This document shows positions 1-6,340 of a stretch of DNA of 17,126 nucleotides, in pieces (position 1 is the first letter of the stretch; the number at the start of each line of letters is the position of its first letter). This stretch comes from Chthoniobacteraceae bacterium. Its GTDB lineage: Bacteria > Verrucomicrobiota > Verrucomicrobiia > Chthoniobacterales > Chthoniobacteraceae. The translations under genes were made by a program, and so were the position numbers. The stretch is taken from NCBI GenBank assembly GCA_040081625.1, contig JBEBGD010000114.1:1-17126 (forward strand), in the 5' to 3' direction. The notes under the pieces are model-generated. The model made no database searches. It was not told the origin of the DNA and saw only the letters and a program-made list of their open reading frames with translations.

Positions 1-79
1 CCGACCTGCCGGTGTACCTCAGGGACGCGCGCCCGGCGTTGGACTGAGCACCTTCAGGCCGGCAGGTCTAGCGTCGTCA
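1..79 (+). mobile_element. Possible end of an insertion element or foreign segment interrupting the hydrolase gene
   Basis: The hydrolase reading loses protein-like character at about position 80 and stops at 54. Bases 3-47 read as the tail of an opposite-strand ORF (DLPVYLRDARPALD*). A perfect 10-bp inverted repeat is present (GACCTGCCGG 3-12 / CCGGCAGGTC 59-68). The segment can end in ...CA at 79, like TG..CA-ended IS families. It lies at the window edge, and no transposase motif is visible. Confidence 0.35.
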
Positions 80-794
80 CGCGCCGCAACTCCCGCCGCA
101 GCGCCGAGCCCGCGGGCGAGTGCCAGATCGCGTGATCGACATCGACGATCGGCGCCATCAGCGCGGACCAGCGGAAGCCGCGTTCGACCGACATGAGCAG
201 CCCGCCGATCCAGCCACCGTAGCTCGTGGCCCACAGCGCAAACTCGCTGCACCCATGGCCCCGAAGCAGGCCCATGAGCTGACGCGCTTCACTCACGCCC
301 TGGCGCAAACCCTCGGCGGTGCGGATCACGTCAGCGGTGATCGCGAGTTCGCCATTCATCCGCCACGCCGGCGTGCGCGAGTAGTGATACGGCAGGTGCA
401 GGAAGCACGCGTTCCATCCGCGCTCGTTGAAGCGCGCCGCCCAGCGCCGGTAGCCAAGGTCGCTCGCCGACATGAGCGCATGCAGCATCAACACCGTCGG
501 TGCCTGCGGCCCGCCGGGGCCGACGTAGTAATCGACGCGCGCGTGATTGTTGTCCGGCCACGCCGTCGTGACCGGGCTCTCCCATCGCAGCCGCGTGCGA
601 TCCTGCGCGAGCATCGAGTATTCGTCCGGCACAGCGCGGGGCGCGTGGAAGTATTCGTCGCGGCTCACGTGCATGTGCTGCTCGATGTAGAGCCGCAGAT
701 CGCGCGGTGCCTGGAGAGTGAGCCGGTGGCGGCGCTGGATGAGATCCATCATCGCACACATCGCCCAGTCCGAGATCGCGGCGAGCGTGCTCAT
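54..794 (-). CDS. Alpha/beta hydrolase family protein, probably C-terminally truncated (possible pseudogene)
   Basis: Contains VLMLHALMS, LHLPYHYSR and the nucleophile elbow A-T-S191-Y-G-G. Only 55 aa follow the serine, with no evident catalytic Asp/His segment. Its start overlaps the stop of the upstream acyltransferase (ATGA, 791-794). Confidence 0.8.
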   Translation of the reverse strand: MSTLAAISDWAMCAMMDLIQRRHRLTLQAPRDLRLYIEQHMHVSRDEYFHAPRAVPDEYSMLAQDRTRLRWESPVTTAWPDNNHARVDYYVGPGGPQAPTVLMLHALMSASDLGYRRWAARFNERGWNACFLHLPYHYSRTPAWRMNGELAITADVIRTAEGLRQGVSEARQLMGLLRGHGCSEFALWATSYGGWIGGLLMSVERGFRWSALMAPIVDVDHAIWHSPAGSALRRELRRVTTLDLPA

Positions 795-1471
795 TCGCCA
801 CGCATCCGCTCCTGCGGGGACTTGGGAAAATCGGCGTCGCTGAGCGCGAAGTGGCTGCGCATCTCGGCGGCGAGAGCGCGCAGGGCGTCGGCGAGTCGCT
901 GCTCGAACTCCGCGCGTGCGTCCCGGTCCGGTGGCGCGAGCGGTTCACCGAAACCGATCCACACGGGCACTCGGCGCAGCAGCAGCCAGTTCGCGCTGCG
1001 GTAGAGCCGGTCGCTGCCGAGGATCACACACGGCACCACCGGCACCTGTGCGAGCTGCGCGATCGCGCCGATGCCCGGTCGCAGCGGCGCGCCGCCGAGC
1101 ACGGAAGCCGCACCGTCGCGCAGCCCGCCCTCGGGATACATGCCGACGACGTGTCCCGCCCTCAGCCGCGCGAGCGCAGTGCGCACGGTGCGCGTGTCGG
1201 CCTTCTCACGAGTAAACGGAAATGTGTCGCAGCGCGTGAGCCATGTGCCGACGAAACGGTTGGAGAACAACTCCGCGAACGCCATCCAGTCGATCTTCCG
1301 CCACACCCGCCCCGAGATGAGCGGCGGGTCGAAGTGGCTGATGTGATTCGCCGCGAGGATCCACGCTCCGGCCCGGCGCACGCGGTCGCGCCGGAACACG
1401 CGCGGGCTGCTCGCGAGCGCGAGCACGCAGCGGCAGAGATTCACGGTGAACTTATAAAACAGCCAGCGCAT
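791..1471 (-). CDS. plsC: 1-acyl-sn-glycerol-3-phosphate / lysophospholipid acyltransferase (PlsC family)
   Basis: Motifs NHISHFD (HX4D), FPFTR, YPEGG and VPVVPC are present. The start is reassigned to ATG 1471 (MRWLFYKF), because the ORF-track extension to 1582 overlaps the divergent gene. Confidence 0.9.
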   Translation of the reverse strand: MRWLFYKFTVNLCRCVLALASSPRVFRRDRVRRAGAWILAANHISHFDPPLISGRVWRKIDWMAFAELFSNRFVGTWLTRCDTFPFTREKADTRTVRTALARLRAGHVVGMYPEGGLRDGAASVLGGAPLRPGIGAIAQLAQVPVVPCVILGSDRLYRSANWLLLRRVPVWIGFGEPLAPPDRDARAEFEQRLADALRALAAEMRSHFALSDADFPKSPQERMRGE

Positions 1472-1482
1472 CGGGGGCGCGG

Positions 1483-1511
1483 AGACTGCGCGGCTGAGGC
1501 GTCCGCTGCAA
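1483..1511 (-). promoter_or_regulatory. Putative sigma70 promoter for plsC-hydrolase
   Basis: Minus strand reads TTGCAG-17 bp-CAGTCT, then 11 nt to the ATG, with no Shine-Dalgarno. Confidence 0.35.
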
Positions 1512-1555
1512 GTGCCGCGGCACGTTCCGGCTAATGCGCCGCCCGCGCGACGGTG

Positions 1556-1561
1556 TATCCT
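1556..1561 (+). promoter_or_regulatory. Putative -10 element for a leaderless transcript of the DUF1592-type gene
   Basis: TATCCT lies 7 nt upstream of ATG 1569. There is no SD and no clear -35. Confidence 0.35.
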
Positions 1562-1568
1562 TCCCATC

Positions 1569-4262
1569 ATGAGAATCACCACGATCTGCCTGCTCGCACT
1601 CGCCGCCGCGCTGCCCGCGCGCGCGCTCGATTACGAGCGCGAGATCAAGCCGGTGCTCATGAAATTCTGCGCTGACTGCCACAGCGCCGAGAAGATGAAG
1701 GGCGACTTCGACATGACGAAGATGCTCGCGAAGCCCGACCTCGCCGCCGACCACGACGCATGGGAGATGATCGCCGAGCTGATGCTCAACCGCGAGATGC
1801 CGCCGGAAAGCAAGCCGCAGCCGGACGACGGCGCGCGCACCAAGGTGATCGAGTGGGTCGAGGGCGAACTCCACAAGCTCGCCGCCAAGGAGCCGCCGAA
1901 CCCGGGCCGCGTCACGATCCGCCGCCTCAACCGCGAGGAATACCGGCACACGATTCGCGACCTGCTCGGCGTCGATTTCAATCCGGAGGATTTCCCGGCC
2001 GACGAGGTCGGCTACGGCTTCAACAACATCGGAGACGTGCTTTCGCTCTCGCCGATGCTCCTGGAAAAATATCTGGCCGCCGCCGAGGAGATCGTGCGCA
2101 AGACGATCGTCGCCGAGGCGCCAAAGCCGCCCAAGCGCAGGATGCGCGGCGATCAGTTCGGCCCGCACAACGAATGGATCCGCGCGCTCGACAACCACGC
2201 GCTCGGCCTCTACCGCGAAGGCGAGGCGGGGCGCTGGTCTGACTTCATCCGCACCGGCGAATACGCGGTGCGCGTGCGGGCCTACGCCGAACCCGCCGGG
2301 CCGGACGCTCCGAAGCTCGCGCTGAAGCTCGGCGGCAAGACCATCGCGACCTTCGACGTGGGCACGGAAAAACCGAAGACCTACGAGGCGCGGATCACCG
2401 CGAAGGCCGGCTGGCAGGAACTCTCCGTCGCCTTCCTCAACAACTATCACGACACGACCAACACGAACCCGAAGCTGCGCGGCGACCGGAATGTGTTCGT
2501 CGAGTCGGTCGAGATCGAGGGGCCCTTCGACGGCAAGCCGGAGCCGGCGGTGCGCGTGGTCGATCTGTCGAAGTGGAAACTCCCGGACGGTGCATCGAAG
2601 GGGCAGAAGGAGATCGGGTTCAGCAGCAGCGGCGAGGCGCGGGCGGAGTGGCAGTTCCCGGAGAAGGACGAGTATCTCATCCGCATCCGCGCGCACGGCG
2701 ACCGCGGCGGCGATGAACTGCCGAAGGCGCGCGTGGCGCTCGACGGAACGGAGATCGGCGTCTTCGAGGTGAAGGCGAAGGAAGGCCAGGAGGATGCACG
2801 TGATTTCCGCGTCACCATCGAGGCCGGCAAGCACGTCATCGGCGTCGCGTTCATGAACGACTATTACGAGCCGGCCACGAACCAGGATCGCAACCTGATC
2901 GTCCACGCGGTCGAGGTGATCGGGCCGATCAACAACGCCGCCCTCGACCTGCCGGAGAGCCATCGGCGGCTCATCACGCGGATGCCGGCGCGCGGCGAGG
3001 AAGCGAAGGTCGCGAAGGAAATCATCGGGCGGTTCGCTGAACGCGCGTATCGGCGCAACGTGGCCGACGCCGAGGTCGCGCGGCTCGTGAAGTTCGTCGA
3101 TCTCTCGCTCGCGAATGGCGGCAGCTTCCTCGAGGGCGTGCAGGCGGCGGTGCAGGCGGCGCTTTGCTCGCCGCATTTCCTCTACCGCTGGGAGCTCGAC
3201 CCCTCGGCGCTCAAGGCCGGCGATGTGCGCAATCTCGGCGACTTCGAGATCGCCTCGCGCCTCTCGTATTTCCTGTGGTCGTCGATGCCCGACGCGGAGC
3301 TGTTCGATCTCGCGAAGCGCGGCGCGCTGCTCAAGGACGGCAACCTCGAGAAGCAAGTCGCGCGGATGCTCAAGGACGGGCGGACACGCGCGCTGGTGGA
3401 GAATTTCGGCGGCCAGTGGCTCCAACTTCACAATATCTACGACATCGATCCCGACCCGAAGAAGTTCCCGAAGTTCTCCCACGAACTGCGCGAGGACATG
3501 AAGCGGGAGACGCTCGCCTTCGTCGAATCCATCGTGAAGGAGGACCGCAGCGTGCTCGACCTGATCGACGCGCGCTTCACCTTCCTCAACGAGCGGCTCG
3601 CGCGGCACTACGGCGTGGACGGCGTGAAGGGGAATGACTTCCGGCGCGTCGAACTTCCGGCGGATTCGCCGCGTGGCGGCGTGCTCACGATGGGCAGCGT
3701 GCTGCTCGCGACCTCGCAGCCCACGCGCACGTCGCCGGTCATCCGCGGCAAATGGATCCTCGAGCAGATCCTCGGCACTCCCCCGCCCCCGCCGCCGCCA
3801 AACGTGCCGCCGCTCGAGGCCAAGCACATCGACCCGAACCTCCCGATCCGGAAGCGGCTCGAGATTCACCGCGACAATCCCGACTGCGCCGGCTGCCACG
3901 CAAAGATCGACCCGCTCGGCTACGCGCTGGAAAACTTCGACGCCATCGGTGCCTTCCGCACGATGGATGGCGCGGCGCCCGTCGATGCCTCCGGCAAGCT
4001 CCCGAATGGCACCGAGTTCAAGAACGCTGCCGACCTCAAGCGCATGATCCGCGGCGACAAGTTTGTCCACAGCCTCGCCGAACAAATGACCATCTACGCC
4101 CTCGGCCGCGGTCTCCAGCGCTACGACAAGGCGCCGCTCTCGCAGATCGTCAGCGCGACCAAGGCCGGTGACTACCGTTTCAGCAGCCTCGTGCTCGCCA
4201 TCGTGAAGAGCGATCCCTTCCTCAAGCGCAAGACCGAGGAAGGTCGCGTGGCGGCGAACTAA
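1569..4262 (+). CDS. DUF1592/DUF1588 family planctomycete-type cytochrome c protein (N-terminal cytochrome, DUF1587, 2x CBM60-like, DUF1595, DUF1592, DUF1588, DUF1585)
   Basis: Signal peptide MRITTICLLALAAALPARA. Two CxxCH motifs (CADCH, CAGCH). Family motifs MPP, RRLNREEYRHTIRDLLG, FAERAYRR, EIASRLSYFLWSSMPDAEL, TSPVIRGKWILEQILG-PPPPPPNVP, IDPLGYALENFDAIGAFR and YALGR. Start taken at ATG 1569. Confidence 0.93.
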   Translation: MRITTICLLALAAALPARALDYEREIKPVLMKFCADCHSAEKMKGDFDMTKMLAKPDLAADHDAWEMIAELMLNREMPPESKPQPDDGARTKVIEWVEGELHKLAAKEPPNPGRVTIRRLNREEYRHTIRDLLGVDFNPEDFPADEVGYGFNNIGDVLSLSPMLLEKYLAAAEEIVRKTIVAEAPKPPKRRMRGDQFGPHNEWIRALDNHALGLYREGEAGRWSDFIRTGEYAVRVRAYAEPAGPDAPKLALKLGGKTIATFDVGTEKPKTYEARITAKAGWQELSVAFLNNYHDTTNTNPKLRGDRNVFVESVEIEGPFDGKPEPAVRVVDLSKWKLPDGASKGQKEIGFSSSGEARAEWQFPEKDEYLIRIRAHGDRGGDELPKARVALDGTEIGVFEVKAKEGQEDARDFRVTIEAGKHVIGVAFMNDYYEPATNQDRNLIVHAVEVIGPINNAALDLPESHRRLITRMPARGEEAKVAKEIIGRFAERAYRRNVADAEVARLVKFVDLSLANGGSFLEGVQAAVQAALCSPHFLYRWELDPSALKAGDVRNLGDFEIASRLSYFLWSSMPDAELFDLAKRGALLKDGNLEKQVARMLKDGRTRALVENFGGQWLQLHNIYDIDPDPKKFPKFSHELREDMKRETLAFVESIVKEDRSVLDLIDARFTFLNERLARHYGVDGVKGNDFRRVELPADSPRGGVLTMGSVLLATSQPTRTSPVIRGKWILEQILGTPPPPPPPNVPPLEAKHIDPNLPIRKRLEIHRDNPDCAGCHAKIDPLGYALENFDAIGAFRTMDGAAPVDASGKLPNGTEFKNAADLKRMIRGDKFVHSLAEQMTIYALGRGLQRYDKAPLSQIVSATKAGDYRFSSLVLAIVKSDPFLKRKTEEGRVAAN

Positions 4263-4334
4263 TTCAGGGAAAATCCCCGGAACGAGCGGCACACGCGGTG
4301 CTTTAGACGGGACCGAAATCCCGCACCAACCGCC

Positions 4335-4709
4335 ATGACTTTCCTCATCGTCGATGACAACCGCCTCCTGAATCGTTTCCTGACGACGTTCTTCCGGGAC
4401 AAGGGCCACACCACGGCCTCGCTCACCGACGGGCTCAAGGTCGAGGCGTGGCTCGAGCGCAATGCGTGCGACCTTATCATCCTCGACATCGGTCTGCCAA
4501 AAGTGGACGGCCTCACGCTGATCTCGGTGATCCGCGAGAAGCACCCCGACCTCCCGATCGTTATGTTCACCGGCCTCGGCTACGACGAGGAGGCGATGCA
4601 AAAGGCGCGCGCCGCCGGCGCGAATGGCTACGTCGGCAAATCGCTCGGCCCGTCGGAAATCTACAACGCCGTCATGCGCGTGCTGCCGCAGGCCGGCATC
4701 GCGGCCTGA
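4335..4709 (+). CDS. Single-domain CheY-like response regulator
   Basis: LIVDD acidic pocket, DLIILDIGLPKVDG phospho-Asp motif, IVMFTG and GANGYVGK. 124 aa with no output domain. Confidence 0.93.
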   Translation: MTFLIVDDNRLLNRFLTTFFRDKGHTTASLTDGLKVEAWLERNACDLIILDIGLPKVDGLTLISVIREKHPDLPIVMFTGLGYDEEAMQKARAAGANGYVGKSLGPSEIYNAVMRVLPQAGIAA

Positions 4710-5402
4710 TTAGTTTCCGGGCGTTCGGATCTTGATCGAGCGGAACGCCGCCTCGTCGCCGTGATCCTGAAACAGGATCGGTGACTTGTTCTTCTGGCCC
4801 CAGCCGGCGTTGCTCTTGAATTTGCTTTTCGCCTTCGCCGCCATCAGCGCCTCGCTGCCGATCTCGAACTCGACCGTCTTGAGCCCGTTGAGCCAGTGCT
4901 CGACATGCTTCCCCTTCACCACGATCCGGCTCTCATTCCATTGCCCGAGCGGCTTCGTCTTCATTTCGGCAGCAGGTTCGAGCACGTCGTAGAGCGAAGC
5001 GGTCTGATGCGATCGTCCGCCCTTCTTCCCATCGGGATGTCCCTCGTCGTCGATGAGCTGATACTCGAAACCGACGGGCTTCTTCGCGTCGGGCAGGTTG
5101 TATTTGAGGCCCGTGTTTGCGCCGGCGGGGAGCTTCCATTCCCACGTCAGCTCGAAGTCCTCGAAATGTTCCGTCGTCACGATATCGCCGCCGCCGGCCT
5201 TGGCTGCGTGAAAGAGCGCGCCGTCCACGATCGTCCAGCCTTTCGCGGGGAATGCGTCCTTGCCGATGCCGACCCAGCCGGCGGTGGTTTTACCGTCGAA
5301 GAGCAAGCGCCAGCCATCGGCCTTTTCAGCGGGCGTGAGTGTGTTCGGTTCGGCATGCGCGGCGAGCGCGAGGAGCGGGAGGATGAGCGCGAGGGATTTC
5401 AT
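4710..5402 (-). CDS. Exported DUF1080 family protein (3-keto-disaccharide hydrolase-like)
   Basis: Signal peptide followed by NTLTPAEKADGWRLLFDGK, DFELTWEWK, NTG, EYQLID, WNESRI, VEHWLNG and FQDHG..AAFRSIKIR. Confidence 0.93.
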   Translation of the reverse strand: MKSLALILPLLALAAHAEPNTLTPAEKADGWRLLFDGKTTAGWVGIGKDAFPAKGWTIVDGALFHAAKAGGGDIVTTEHFEDFELTWEWKLPAGANTGLKYNLPDAKKPVGFEYQLIDDEGHPDGKKGGRSHQTASLYDVLEPAAEMKTKPLGQWNESRIVVKGKHVEHWLNGLKTVEFEIGSEALMAAKAKSKFKSNAGWGQKNKSPILFQDHGDEAAFRSIKIRTPGN

Positions 5403-5425
5403 ATCGGCGGGAAATAGCGGGTCGC

Positions 5426-6208
5426 CTACGGGCCTGCAAGGATCGGCCTCGGCGGCAGCGGGCGGATCTTCAGGTTGCAGAACGCGACCTCTTCACCCTG
5501 ATCGAGGATCACCACGGGCGATTTGAGCTTCGTGCCGAAGCCCAGCGGCGCCTTGATCCGCTGCGCGGCGACGCGGCTCTGGAAGTCCGCGCCGAGATCG
5601 TATTCGAGCGCCTTCTGCCCATTGAGCCAGTGCTCCACGTGCGTGCCTTGCACGACGAGAATGCCGTAGTTCCACTCCTCCTCATTCCATCTCTGCGAGA
5701 TGCGGATCGACGGCCCCTGCAGGCGCGGCAGCACGCCGTAGAGGGCGCCAGTGCGCTTGAGATCGCCGCCCTTGAGCCCGTCGGGATGATGCACGTCGTC
5801 GATGATCTGATACTCGTGCCCGATCAGCTTCTGCCCCACCCCGCCGCGCGCGAAATACAGCACGCCGCTGTCAGCGGACGCGGCGACGCGGAAGTCGAAG
5901 CGGAACTCGAAGTTGTCGTAAGCGACTGTCGCGACAAGATCGCCGCCGGTGACTTTGCCGGAGTTCTTGATGTCCTTCGGCAGCACGAGCTGGTTGCGCT
6001 CGAGCTTCCAGCCGACGCGGAGCGGGTCGGTGCCTTTCACATTGCGCAAGCCGGGCAGCCCGCGCCCATCGAAGAGCAGCTTCCAACCCTGCGCGATTTC
6101 CTCCGCGCTCAGCTTGTTCGCGGCCGGGTCCGCGGGCGGCAGTTCGTCCTTGTCGGCAGCGTGCGCGGCGAAGACGAGAGCGAGGACGAGTGCGGTGGCG
6201 CGGAGCAT
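5426..6208 (-). CDS. Exported DUF1080 family protein, divergent paralog
   Basis: Real start is ATG 6208 (MLRATALVLALVFAAHA signal). Motifs NKLSAEEIAQGWKLLFDG, GGDLV, NFEFRFDF, EYQIIDD, VEHWLNG and AFCNLKIR. The N-terminal 364 aa of the track ORF 5426..7300 are antisense shadow. Confidence 0.9.
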   Translation of the reverse strand: MLRATALVLALVFAAHAADKDELPPADPAANKLSAEEIAQGWKLLFDGRGLPGLRNVKGTDPLRVGWKLERNQLVLPKDIKNSGKVTGGDLVATVAYDNFEFRFDFRVAASADSGVLYFARGGVGQKLIGHEYQIIDDVHHPDGLKGGDLKRTGALYGVLPRLQGPSIRISQRWNEEEWNYGILVVQGTHVEHWLNGQKALEYDLGADFQSRVAAQRIKAPLGFGTKLKSPVVILDQGEEVAFCNLKIRPLPPRPILAGP

Positions 6209-6218
6209 TGGGGCGCGG

Positions 6219-6246
6219 ACGGTAGAGGCGGAAGGCCGCACCTCAA
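6219..6246 (-). promoter_or_regulatory. Putative sigma70 promoter for the DUF1080 pair
   Basis: Minus strand reads TTGAGG-16 bp-TACCGT, then 10 nt to the ATG. Confidence 0.4.
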
Positions 6247-6340
6247 CCGAGATTTGCGCCTCGCCCTGTTCGCTCGTGCGTGCGTCAGCGGTCCGAATCA
6301 ATGTTTGACTCTCCCCTCCGAGCTTCCCAGACCCGTGTTC

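Noticed and set aside
1..80. Group II intron end
   Set aside because: There is no GUGYG 5' end and no recognisable domain V/VI; the ...AC at 79-80 alone is not enough.
3779..3812. C-rich low-complexity tract
   Set aside because: It encodes the conserved PPPPPPNVP motif of DUF1588 and is not a contingency repeat.
4263..4334. Riboswitch (e.g. c-di-GMP) upstream of the response regulator
   Set aside because: Only short stems (CGGGA/TCCCG, GCAC/GTGC) are present, and they do not match a consensus I recognise.
1452..4601. 1049-aa minus-strand ORF
   Set aside because: It is an antisense shadow of the DUF1592 and receiver genes. High GC3 coding removes stops on the opposite strand, and it has no recognisable motifs.
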